Origin: Geosiphon pyriformis uo1
Taxonomy: Eukaryota > Fungi > Glomeromycota
Direction: 5' to 3'
Length of the DNA: 64,000 bases
Assembly (NCBI GenBank): GCA_016748015.1
Contig: JAAOMT010000354.1
Location: 50,187-114,186, forward strand
Part shown: positions 12,681-25,732 of the stretch, in pieces
Layout: every line of letters starts with the position of its first letter
Numbering within the stretch: the stretch's first letter is position 1
Translations under genes and position numbers: made by a program
The notes under the pieces: generated by a model
The model's input: only the letters and a program-made list of their open reading frames with translations
The model's database searches: none
Told to the model about the DNA's origin: nothing

Positions 12681-13652
12681 TGTTATTAGTAGAATTTTAG
12701 CTATTAATTAGCATGAAATTACCCTCATAATTTTTATTATTAATTAGCATATATTATTATTATCTCAAATATCACTTATTATTTAATCAAATTATTAAAT
12801 ATTATTACTCAATCAATAATCTGATTTGTACCATAAAAATTAAGATGATCAAATTACACAATACCCTGAACTATTTAACATAGTCAAAATTCGTCGAAAT
12901 TAATAAAAATTGGCCGAAATAATCAATAGTTCAGTAAAATAACTTGTAGTTTGCCGAAATGTATCTTTAGTTCACCAAAATTATAGCAAAAAGAAAAGTG
13001 CAAATTTAAAGACTAGTACTACAACAAGTTGTATAAAAGAAGAGCTTCTCTTTTCAAGAAAATGTATCTTCTCATAATATCTTATCATAGTATCTTACTT
13101 TAGATATCTTAATTGAAACAAATCACTTTTTACATATCTCAAATAAAAATTAAATATTTGAAAACCAAATCCTTTGATTATTATACTTGAAATTCCTTTA
13201 ACACAAACTAACGTTTTGAAATTAATTAGCTACCAATTTCAGTAATCTGTTAGTGACTCCAGGCCTAAATAAAAAACGTTTTCCTTGACAAAATTCTATT
13301 TCTTTTACATTTTTTTATTTTTCTCTTCTTTTTTTATCATAATCATTAGAGTAGCCTACAGACAAAATTCCTGTAGAAGAGTTGATTTTTACAGCAAAGT
13401 AACTACACATTTTTAGTGAGCTTTCAAACAAGCAATTCCTGGGAAAAAGTTGACATTTACTACAACATAACTACACAAAGTAACTGGTATGGAATTGGCT
13501 ATTCTATTTATAAGTCTAGCAGTTCAAATTATAGGAAATAATTTAAAGATAAATTCAGTTACTGGAGGTTCAACTACTTTCTAAAAACGTGAATTCACAG
13601 CAAATCAACATTAACAACATTCAAGAAAAGAGACCAAAAACCTCCAGTAATA
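12681..13652 (+). repeat. 5' LTR of element A
   Basis: Near-identical to 21596-22557; TGTTA...TAATA. Confidence 0.95.
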
Positions 13653-13698
13653 TTTAGTGTTCTCTCATAGAAATAACACGGCAACAACAAATTCAAAG

Positions 13699-15560
13699 TG
13701 GCAACCACACCAGACACAACAACTCTAGAGTATTACCAGTCAATTTACACCCATTGTAAGCAGAGATTCAACATTTCAGACGGAATTGAAATTGTTAAAA
13801 AGACACTTTACTAATACATTGAAAACCACATCAACAATTATTTTTTTGGAAACTACAACATTTCAGAAATTAGAAACAACTTCTACAATAATTTAGTATA
13901 CTATTCACAATTGGAAACAGAAGACCTGAACAGTGAAACTCTTGCCACCTATTTCTAAAAACTTCACTTTAACATTATTTAGTATTGTAAAGAAAAATAC
14001 TCAGTACAGTTTAAATACTTTATTGACTTTGAATTAGAAACAGAAACAAGCAACAAAGGCAAACAAAAACTAAAACAACATTTAAGCACCACCCCAATCA
14101 CTCCAAAAACACCAAAAATAACTGCTAAACACTTGCAAACTCCAGAACAAAGAACCAGTACCAGACTTCTACTTTCAGTTACACCCTTTTTAATTTTACT
14201 TGCTTAACCACAAACACCAAATTCATCACTTATCCATTTTTTAAAACCAAAAGATTTTTAGTCATCCAAAAGTTCTACTCAACAGCAGAAACCCATATTA
14301 ACTAGCATCAATATTATTGATTATCTACAAAAAAACGAAAGTAATTATTCAGAAAACTTGGAAAGTGAGGAAACTGAATCAGAACAAAAAAAAATTACAA
14401 AAAACAAAAAAGAAATGACAACTGCTTATATTGCAAAAATCTCAGAATTTACTGGTAAAGATAATGATACCAGCCCTCAAAAATGGCTTGATAAAGTCCA
14501 GAAAGCAGGAGATATAAATGGTTGAAATGCAGCAAGAATGCTTAAAGCAATTTTATACTTTCTTCAAAGAACTGCAGGAGAATGGTTTGAAAACTTAGAA
14601 GAACTATTTGAAAACTGGCAAGCATTTAAAAATGCTTTCTTACAATAATTTACTGACAACAACACCTCTATTACTCTTCAAAATTGCTTTCACAATATTA
14701 AACAAGAAACATCTGAAACTGTTATAACCTATCTTGGGAGATTTAACAAACTTTTTTGACAAATTCGACAATTGGAAACCAATGAATACTATTCTAATGC
14801 TCAGATTTTGGATCAGTTTATAGCAGGATTGAAAGACAAGTTAATCAAGAAAGTTCACTCACATGCTTCAAAAAACTTAATAACAGCTATTAGACATACA
14901 AAAAACTATGAAATGGCAATAGAAAAAGCAAATCATACCAAACTTGTGAATCTTGCTATTGAAGAAACCAGCTCAGCAGCTGAAGAAAAAATTAACCAAC
15001 TTACAAAGAAAGTTGAGAACTATTTTATTAACCAGCAACAACAGCAACAACCACAAAGATATCAGCCATCATAACAACTAAACCAAACCAACTACTCATC
15101 ATCATCAAACAGTCAAAACCAAAGTTGTTACTATTGTAAGATTCCAGGACATTGGAAATAAAATTGCAGAAAGCTACAAAGAGACCAACAAAACAAGAGT
15201 AATCAACATTATGCTTCAATACAGCAATCTTATTACCAGCTTCCACCACCAGCCTACTATTCCTTAAGATCCCAACAATAGAACAACTACTATTAGCCTG
15301 CTCCACAGCAGCAATATTAACAACCTCTACCAATCTAACAGTATCAACAGCCACCTATACAACAATACCAAGTACCAGTCCAAAAATTAGTTCAATATAA
15401 CCAATTCATACCTCAAAATCAATTTCAAAACAATAACAACAGAATCAATCCAAATAACCAGTTAGTTTCCCGAAATTCTGGTCAGCAAAGACCCAATTAC
15501 TATTACACTCAACCCAGTTATCTCATAATGTTTAAAGAATCGGATTTTTAACAAACTGCA
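13699..15560 (+). pseudogene. gag: Element A gag (N-terminal extension, capsid, CCHC, Q/P-rich tail)
   Basis: AKISEFTGKDNDTSPQKWL and QILDQFIAGL capsid motifs; CYYCKIPGHWK*NC knuckle near 15126. Confidence 0.85.
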
Positions 15561-15729
15561 CTTTCCAAAGATAAAATTACAACACCAAGATCAAATTCTT
15601 TCAACAATAATATTCTATCAGCCCAAATTGCCCAAAATGCCAACTTTTCAGATATATTCCCATTCGAATTTGAAGCAAATGAATCACTATTCTTGCTTAG
15701 CAATGCAGCAGTCAATAAACAAAAAGCAA

Positions 15730-16110
15730 TTACAGCTATATATACAGAAGCTGAAGTAAAAGGAAAACCAATTCAGTTAATCTTAGACAGTAGATCAGCC
15801 AGAAATATTATCACTTACCAGTTAATGCAACAGCTTCAAAAAACTGTTAACAGACCAGCCCAAACTGTAATTGTTATAGCAAATGATATAAAAAAAACAC
15901 CAATAAAAAAAATCAACAATTTCTTATTTACTATTGATAGAATTACCATTCCAGTTAAAGCTCTAATCATAGATGCACCCTAATACCAAGCTCTTGTCGG
16001 AAATAATTGGCTTCTCAAGACCAATGCAAATTTAGATTGAGAAACCCAGGAATTAAAGATTTTATAATAAGGACAATACATTAAAGTACCCACTATTTGT
16101 AGTACTTTTA
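15730..16110 (+). pseudogene. Element A aspartic protease
   Basis: PIQLILDSRSARNII (from DSG) and ALVGNNWL retropepsin motifs. Confidence 0.88.
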
Positions 16111-17029
16111 ATAAAAAATCTGAAAAAGCCTTAGTATTTGAATTTAAAGAGGAAAAAGAATTACCAGTCACTGAAACCTTTATGGCTTTTGGATCATCAT
16201 TCAATTGGGCTGAAGAAACAGAACAAAAATCTTTAAAGAAACCAGAAAATGGAATATAATTAGATATTCTACACCAAAATTACAGAAACAACCACCTTAT
16301 ATCCCACTCAAATGCAAAGATTACAACAAAAAACTTTCATTAATAAGAGCATGTATTTTTCCAGAAGAGAAATATGAAACTTACACCTGCTACTTTTGCA
16401 AAGCATGCCATAGAAAACAATTTGAATATCTTAAAAGAAGTGGAAAATGAAACAACACTCCTTGTTTCACATGTGGAGATATGCTACCAAAAGAATACAA
16501 CTGAATTGATGTTACAATGAGAAGGGGAATATGTGACCAAACCTGCTAATATGTTCTATCAATTTCAGAAAAAGTTAAAAAAGGAACATCTTTTGATGCA
16601 GCATACAACAATGCTCTTAACAAACTTTACCACTATCCTCATAATGCTAAAATAATTTTTAATTTAGCAATGGCTTTAGTTAATGGAGCCACACAGGAAG
16701 ATGTCTGACAAATAAAAAAAGCTGAGTATATTGAATACACAATGAAATTAGCTGGATTCAACTATGAAGATGAAGTAAAGACATATCACTAAATTGCAAG
16801 CCACACATATCCAACTTAAGAAGTTCAAATTCAATAATTAGAGCAAATGAATATTCAATTGTGTAAAGAATACATCATGCCTTGTGATAACAAATGGTAT
16901 TCAGAATACTATGTTCTTAGCATTCTTCTGTTCAGTAAAAATGACCAAGAAGAAATTGAATTTGGAAAACTGAAAACAAAAAAAGAAATTACAATAACAC
17001 CAATCTATCTTACTAAAAACCAGTCTGCT

Positions 17030-17460
17030 ATACAACTCAAATACTTTGACAACAATAGACAAGGAATAAAACCAGAAAAAGCCCATGAAATTGATGCAGA
17101 ATATGACCTCAGATATCCTGACAAAAACACTTTGGTTTTTCAACCAAAATCCTTAACCAAAATTAATCTCAGAATTGCTCTTGAAATACCACCAAGAGCA
17201 ATAATACAAATTGCTTCCTGATTATTATTGGCAAGCAAAAAAATCAATGTCAGAGAAGAATAGATACAGGATATATTGGAGATATTATCATTATGTTACA
17301 GAATGAAACAGACAAAGCATTAATAATTAAACATGCTGAAAAGATTGCCCAAGCAATTTATCTACTTTTAATCAATATTTCGGGTTTACAATCAGTAAAC
17401 AACAGAGAACAATTGGGAAAAAGTAAAAGAAGAACTCAAGGTTTTGGTTCAACTAGACGA
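17030..17460 (+). pseudogene. dut: Element A dUTPase domain
   Basis: Trimeric dUTPase motifs in order: DAEYDL, QIAS.., GYIGDI, KIAQAI, R.TQGFGST. Confidence 0.88.
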
Positions 17461-17959
17461 TTTACAGTACTAGTAAACATAGCTCTTAATGCACAGAATG
17501 AATCTCACCAGATTCTTTAACTTCCTTAACCAATTACCATTTTACTTTTTGGAGAACATCACGAAATTTACATTTGCTCAAAACTTATTACTACCCAACA
17601 AATCTTTGAATCCAATGAACAAATCTGTTTAAAGCATGAAATCTTAATCCCAAATGTTTATATTCCCAAAAGAATAAAAAAATTTCGAGTTATATTCTAT
17701 AATCCCAATAATTATCCTATTGTTTTATTGAATAAATTAGAGATTGGAATTATATACAGCAATATCTTCCAAGATAAAAACCTTCAAACTGTTTCTAATT
17801 TCATCAAAATTATAAGACATACACTATTTCCAAATCCAAACATCATCTCTACTACTGAAAACTATAACTTTTTAGAAAAAAAACTCTTTTGAATTAACAT
17901 AAGTCCTTTGGAATCTCAACAACAAAGACAATTAAAACAGCTAATAGCTGAATTCACTA

Positions 17960-19302
17960 ACATATTTGCAAAAGACAACAATGACCTTGGAAAAACTTAT
18001 ATTGCTCAACATAAGATCCACACAAGAGATACTTTACCAAAATGTTAACAAGCTTATTGAGTGCCACCTGCCAGCCACCAATTTATCAGAGAAAAAGTTC
18101 AGAAAATGCCCAATAATAGATTAATTCAATCATCAAGAAGTTTTTGGGCCTCACCAGTAGTTTTTGTTAAAAAAAAATAGAAAAAAATAAGATTTTGTGT
18201 TAACTATCACCAACTAAATAGTATAACAATTGGAGATGCCTATTCTTTTCAAAAATTGATGATATACTAGATGCTCTAGGAAAAGCCAAGTTTTTCTCAA
18301 CTTTGGACTTAGAAAGTAAATACTGGCAAGTCGAATGGACCCAAAAAATTGATCCAAAACAGCATTTATTACTCAAAAAAGAAATTATGAATTCAATATT
18401 ATGTCTTTTGAACTCTGCAATGCATTAGTAACATTTCAGTAACTCATGGATGTTGTATATGAAGGACTCTTATGGCAATTAGTAGTTGTTTATCTTGATA
18501 ACACTAATGTATACTCACCAAGCTTTGAAGCTCATTTTATCTATCTGTGAGAAGTTTTTCAACAATTACAGAAAGCAGGATTAAAATTAAACATTGAGAA
18601 ATGTTACTTTAGAAAAACAAGCTTAATTTTTCTTGGACACATTGTTAGCAAAGATGGAGTCAAACCAAATCCTGGAACAATCAGTGCTGTTAAAAACTTT
18701 CAAACACCCAAAAATACTATAGAGCTATAAGAATTTGTAGAATTAGCCTCCTACTATCGAAAATTCATAAAAAAATTCTTAGAGATTGCCAAAACACTTA
18801 ACTATTTCACTAACAAAAACGTGCTATATCAATAGACTGAAAAACAACAGAAAGTCTTTGACACCTTCAAAACAAAATTAACAACAGCTTTAGTTCTTGT
18901 ATACCCAAATTTCAACAAACAATTCCAACTAGCCACTGATGCTTCACACATAGCTTTTAGTGCCATCCTGTCACAATTAGATGAAAATAGCCAGGAGCAA
19001 ATTATTGCCTATGCCAGTAGAACACTCAAGCCAACAGAACTCAAATATGGCTCAACTAATTTAAAAGCTGCCACAGTTATTTGGACTATTAAACATTTTC
19101 AACAATATCTAAAGAATAGAAAAAAATTTGACATCATAACTGACAATATTGGTCTCAAATAGTTCAATAAAAAAAAACTGAACAAAGTGTCAAACAGTCT
19201 CAATGAAATGACTTTCTAGCAGACTACAAATATATTGTACATAATAAACCAGAAAAATTACACACCAATGTTGATAACTTCTCAAGAATAAGACAAGATT
19301 AA
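17960..19302 (+). pseudogene. pol: Element A reverse transcriptase and RNase H
   Basis: WASPVVFV, RFCVNY, VVYLDN, FLGHIVS, FVELASYYRKFI, LATDAS, IAYASRTL, NVDNFSR; many stops and frameshifts. Confidence 0.92.
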
Positions 19303-19359
19303 TACCTATAACAAATTCACTACAACTTACCAATCTACTAACAAAATAACCAAACAACA

Positions 19360-20727
19360 ATGAATTCCAAAAATTACAACAATATTAAAAACTATTTGAA
19401 GACTTTTATCATGCCAGAAAATTGGTTTTCAAATAAAAAACATTGATTACAACACCAATTCAAATAATATTTCATATACTACCACAAAATCTATTACCAA
19501 AATCACAAAAACCCAAACCAACTACTCAGATTAGTACAAAAAAATGAAAAAGAAACAATTCTATACAACATGTACACAGATTCATCTTCAGCATACTTGG
19601 GAAGAGATGAAACAATTCAAAGAACTCTTAAACATTATTTTTGGTCCCACATGCAAAAAAACATTTAACAATATATAAAATCTTGTGATAGTTGTCAAAA
19701 AAAAGAAAAAACTTACCCCACAGAACCTTTAAATCCAATCAAAGTTAGACAACCTTTTGATAGAGTTGGAATTGATTTAGTTAGACCATTATCTATCACA
19801 ACCCAAAGAAATTGTTATATTGCAGTTGCAATAAATTATCTTACCAAATGGCTTGAAGCTAAAGCCATCCAAAAAGCAGATGCAAAATCAGTAGCAAATT
19901 TTATCTATAAAGACATTATTTGTAAACATAGATGCACAATTGAACTTTTATCTAATTAAAGAACACATTTTGTAAACAACTTGATATAAGAAATTTGTGA
20001 ACAATTCAATATCAAAAGACTTCTATTATTACTTTATCATCCTTAAACAAATGAACTTATAGAATGTTTCAACAAAACATTGTGTAAATTTTTAGCCAAA
20101 GTCTCAACAGATTTTGAACAAGAATAGAATATCTTTATTTCATTAGTATTACTAGCATACAAAACACTAAAACAAGATACTATAAAACACATACTATTTA
20201 ATCTTACTTATTAAAGAACAGCAATATTATCAATTAATTTCACAGTAAAAACATACTCAGTGCAATCAATCAATGGAGAAAACTTTCAAGAAACATTCCA
20301 AAAAAGAGCTTATACTTTTCTTAGTATATTGGAAGAAAAAAGACACATAGCAGCCATTCATATTATACATTCTTAAGCTTTACAAAAAGAAAGACATAAC
20401 AACAAACTACCACCAGTTACCAACAAATTTAAAGTTAAAAATAAAATTTTTTTACACAGAACTAAGGCTAAAAAACAATGGGGTGGAAAATTTGAACATA
20501 AATGGGATGGACCATTTTATATTTACGAAATTTTAGGCAATAGATCATATAAGTTAAAACTTGATGACAAAGTACTAGCAAAAATTGCACATGGAAATCG
20601 ATTGAAACACTATTATTCCAGAAACAATCCTGAACTATTAATTTCACAAATTGGTACACATTCTCCTTTAATTAGTCTTGAAGATATTTCCCGAAATTTA
20701 GAACCAATAGTTATAATAAAACAATAA
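19360..20727 (+). pseudogene. Element A integrase (HHCC, DDE, GPY/F)
   Basis: MNSKNYNNIKNYL..., YFWSHM..CDSCQ, PFDRVGIDLV, YLTKWLEA, WDGPFYI. Confidence 0.92.
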
Positions 20728-20899
20728 TCAAACTTGAACATTTAATTTAACATTTTTTAAAAAACTCTTTTAAATACACAAAACATAAAACAAAATTAGT
20801 AAATAACTACAAAGAAATATTCAAACCCAAAAACAAATAAAAACTCTATATTCAAAAATAATTTTCTTTATTCTTTTTAAAAATTACTTATTAATTAGT

Positions 20900-21615
20900 T
20901 ATTTTATCATAATTATTCCCCAAAATATTCAATAAATATTCCAAAATTTAATGTTAGCTTTGAAAACACTTTCTGACCTATTTATAACGATTAATGGAAG
21001 TCAAATTAATTACACTCAAAAAAATTCACAGCACCAGTAGTAAATAATTCTCAGAATTATTATTCCTATAGAAGAAAAACAAGAAGTTATTTTGAAAATC
21101 AATTATTAGAACTTTTGAAGCAAGCACTAAAAGAAAATCTTTTATCTGCCTCTATTGACATTCTACCAAATGCTACAATTCAACAAAAACTTCTACTATT
21201 CCTTAATGAACAGAACAATAAACATACTCTTATATATAAATATTTTTATATTAGAAAAACACTTTATGAACGAAAACTGAAACTGAAAGCAATCAACATC
21301 ACTCCTAAGGCTATACAAAAACAAATCTACAATGAATTTAAGACAGCAGCTGAACTAATAAACACTTACTACAAACTTAAAGCAGCATTTAGACTTTATA
21401 ATTTATTTAACACTTGTGAAAATATTCTACAAAATCTAATACTCTATCCAATAAAAATTCAATACATTGGAAAGCTCACAAAACTGAAATTTCAACAATT
21501 GTCAGACCAAATCACTTTAATTATCTTGGACCACCATCTTAATATCACAGATAGTGCTTGGACTTCAACAGAACTTAATCTTGAAGAGAAGATTATGTTA
21601 CTAATAGAATTTTAG
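20900..21615 (+). pseudogene. Element A accessory ORF3 between integrase and 3' LTR; unknown function
   Basis: 166-aa open stretch 21115-21615, similar to ORFs at the same position in elements B and E. Confidence 0.65.
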
Positions 21616-22557
21616 CTATTAATTAGCATGAAATTACCCTTATAATTCCTATTATTAATTAGCATATATTATTATTATCTCAAATATTACTTATTATTTA
21701 ATCAAATTATTAAATATTATTACTTAATCAATAATCTAATTTGTACCATAAAAATTAAGATAATCAAATTACACAATACTCTAAACCATTTAACATAGTC
21801 AAAATTCGCCGAAATTAATGAAAATTGGCAGAAATAATCAATAGTTCAGTAAAATAACTTGTAGTTTGCTGAAATGTATCTTTAGTTCACCAAAATTGTA
21901 GCAAAAAAAAAAGTGCAAGTTCAAAGACTAGTACTACAGCAAGTTGTATAAAAGAAAAGCTTCTCTCTTCAAAAAAATGTATCTTCTCATAATATCTTAT
22001 TATAGTATCTTACTTTAGATATCTTAATTAAAACAAATCACTTTTTACATATCTCAAATAAAAATTAAATATTCGAAAACCAAATCCTTTGATTATTACA
22101 CTTGAAATTCCTTTAACACAAACTAACGTTTTGAAATTAATTAGCTACCAATTTCAGTAATCTGTTAGTAACTTTAGGCCTGAATAGAAAACTTTTCTCT
22201 TGACAGAATTCTATTTTTTTTACATTTTTTTTATTTTTTTATTTTTTTCTTATCATAATTATTAGGATAGCCTACAAACAAAATTTCTGTAAAAGAGTTG
22301 ACTTTCACAGCAAAGTAACTACACATTTTTAGTGAGCTTTTAGACGAGCAATTTCTGAGAAAAAGTTGATATTTACTTCATAAAGTAACTGGCATGGAAT
22401 TGGCTATTCCATTTATAAGCCCAGTAGTTCAAATTATAGGAGATAATTTGAAGATAAATTCAATTACTGAAGGTTTAACTACTTCCTGAAAACGTGAATT
22501 CACAGCAAATCAACATTAACAACATTCAAAAAAAGAGACCAAAAATCTTCAGTAACA
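21596..22557 (+). repeat. 3' LTR of element A
   Basis: TGTTA...TAACA preceded by the PPT. Confidence 0.95.
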
Positions 22558-24709
22558 TCATCAAAAAAAATTTTATAAATTTTTTTAAAAAAGCAATTGT
22601 TTTAATTTTAATCAAATTTAATAAGATAATATTAATTTGATTATAATTGATTAAGCTATAACAATAAATTATAGTAAAGTTTTATTGAATTAAATTAATT
22701 TTTTAATATTTAGTAATTTATTTTAAGTAGCAAAAATTCAATATATATAAAAACTATTAAAAATTAAATTAATTAAAATCAAAAAAATATTTAAAACTGT
22801 ATTATTTATTTTATTTATGAACACAATTACATATAATTTTAAGAATTTTTTAGAAAAAACTAATGAAAAAATTTGTGTTATCAATTATATATTTGCTATT
22901 AATAACAAAATAAAATATATTATTGTTTGTTTTAAAACTAAAAAAAACTTATTATATTATTTTTATGTTTAAAAAAATTAATTTATTATATATTAGATTA
23001 GATTTGGTTTTTTATAAAAATTATAATATTTTAAATATACTAAGCTAAAATATAACTTTTAAAAATTAATTAAATTTAATTTATTAAAAAATTTTTTTCT
23101 CTTATATCTTAAATTTCTAAAAAAGTACAATATTTTTGAAAGAAATTTTTTCTGTCTTTAATTATTTTTCACTATTTAATTAAATATCTCAAAACTTTTT
23201 TTGTTTAATTATAAAACTATTGATACTAGTAGTGATTTAAGTATAAAAAAGCATAAAAAAAGTGTTTTAAATAATTATGCTATTGAAATTAATGCTAATG
23301 TTTCTTAAAAATCATTAAAAACTAGTAGAATAAGTAATTTAGCTGTTAATAACACAACTAATACAAAAAACATAAATATAGAAAAGAAGTTTTTTGTTGA
23401 AAAAACCAGCTTTTAACTTGATAATAATAATAAATCAGAGCAAAAAAATGTTGACATAACTTTTAAAAAAACTAAACAAATTATTACTAAATGTATTTTT
23501 AGAAAACTTCATAAGTAGATTAATTTTAATATTGATAATAATACTAAAAATAATATTTTGAATAAGTTTCTGTTTTTTTTTTCTTTTTTTCTCAAGCTTT
23601 TGGTTTATATTTTGGTTTGCAAATTATTTGCTTTAGATATTAATTTTTTAGTTATTATTAAAAAGTTAGTTCAGAATAAATTAAAAGTTATTAAGAATAT
23701 ATTTTCTAATATAAATGGTTTTGAGAAAGTTTTATTTCTTTAAAATTTGACAAAATTATTTAAATATTTTTTACTTCAAAAAAAACAATATTAACTATGG
23801 CTAATTTAGCAAATATTTATAATATTATAGTAAACACTAATCTTAAATGTCTAATAAACAATTGAATAAATCAAGCAATTATCATAAAAAAATTTATGTA
23901 AAAATATCTGTAAAAACTATGTAAATTATACTTACTAATTTTGGTAATATTAAGTTAATTAAAATACAATTGATAAAACTATGACAGAAAGTAATTATAA
24001 AATTAAATGATCAAATTTAAGTTAATTTGTTAATATTTAAATAATTTATTCTTATTAGAAAAAATATAGTTTATATAATAAGAGCCAATATTAATAAATA
24101 ATTATAAAATTTTAAAGATAAGTTTAAGACTTTCTTTTATATACTTTCTGTAAAAATAAATGTTTATAAACTTTGAGATTTTATTGGATTAGTTAATAAA
24201 AAAACCTATGTAATTAATTAAAATCTAATTAATTATATTTATATTATATATGTTACTATTTGTTTTAATTCTGAAAAAAATTTAATTAAAATTATAACTA
24301 TAGTTTCTGTTATAAAAAGTATTATTTTTTATTAGTTGTATTTATCTTTGGTTTTTTTGTTTAATTTGTAGTATACTTAGTCATATCTTTTTTAAATTAT
24401 AAATTAATAATACCTAAAAATAGAAAAACTTTTCTTTTGGCTTTAAATTAATTTAGATTGGCTAAGATTTATAAAAAAAGTTTGCTTTTATTGTTTGTTC
24501 AATAGTTTTTAATAATAAAACTTAAATGTTTATAGTTGGCAAATTTTTTTTTCAAGTGTTTTCTATTGTTTTTTTTTAGTTTGGTTTTTTAAGTAAAATC
24601 AAATCTTTTTTAATAATTGTAAATATAATAAAAAAATAATTTAACAAAATTAAAAACAGTTTTGCCAATTTTGTAAACAAATTAGTGAATTAGTTAAGAA
24701 ATTAAATAC

Positions 24710-25732
24710 TGTTATTAAAGATTTTTTTTAATGTTATTAATATTGTTTTGCTATTTATTTTGCTTTTAATAAAAGTTAGTAAATTTTTAATAAACTAATT
24801 TCTCTTTTAAAGTATTTTTCTATACTTTAGATCATATATACTATTGAGTTTATGATAAAATAACCAATTTTATGCCGATTACTTATATAATTACTTTGCA
24901 ATAAAAGTCAATTTTTTTACAAAAAATCTTTTTTGTAAGTTTTTTAAAAATAGGTGTAATTATTTTACTGTAAAAATCAACTCTTTTACAGAAAATTTTA
25001 ACTATAGACTATCTAATAATAATAATAAAAATAAAAAAAATAAAAAAAAAATAAACTAAAATAAAAAATAAAAAATAAAATAAAAAATAAACTAAAATAA
25101 AAAAATATATTAAAAAAATTGTTTTGAATTTAGACTTAAAAGTTACTAAAATTGGTAATTAATTAATTTCAAAATATTAGTATAAAATAGTTAATTTTAA
25201 AACAAAAATAATTAAAAATCTTTATGTTTTTTTTTCAAAGTAAGTTTTATTAGAATTAATTTACATAAAAAATAATTTTACTAATATATTTAATAAAAAA
25301 TACTAAAAAAAATATTGGTAAAAATATTTTTTTTAAAGAAAAAAACTTTTTTTATATAATTTATTATAATACTATTTTATAATTTAGCACTTTTTTTTCT
25401 AATATTTTGGCAAATTAAAAATATATTTTATTAAATTATATATTATTTTTGTAAACTATAAATTATTTTAATGAACTGTTAAATATTTTATCAAATTACA
25501 AAATATTATAGCAAATTCTGAATATTATATAGTTTAATCTATTATATAATTTAATTATTACAATTTAGTTACATTTGTGTTCTGTATAAATCAAGTTATT
25601 AATTAAATAATAATTTAAATAATTTAATAAGATAATAAGTAATAAATTAAAATAATAATATATATTAATTAATAATAAGAATTATAAGAATAATTTTATT
25701 CTAATTAATATTTCAAATTTTGACTGATAACA
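24710..25732 (-). mobile_element. Solo LTR related to family A, heavily eroded
   Basis: TGTTA...TAACA with TSD ATAC/ATAT; the reverse complement aligns with 12681-13652. Confidence 0.85.

Larger units (their letters stand above)
12681..22557 (+). mobile_element. Full-length degenerate Ty3/gypsy LTR retrotransposon A, dUTPase-bearing
   Basis: Direct LTRs 12681-13652 and 21596-22557, TSD TTAT/TCAT, PBS-like TTTAGTGTTCTCTC, PPT GAAGAGAAGA. Domain order gag-PR-dUTPase-RT-RH-IN. Confidence 0.96.

Noticed and set aside
15028-15354. Antisense ORFs over gag, pol and LINE ORFs (this one and many others)
   Set aside because: Shadows of the opposite-strand coding relics, with no independent motifs.
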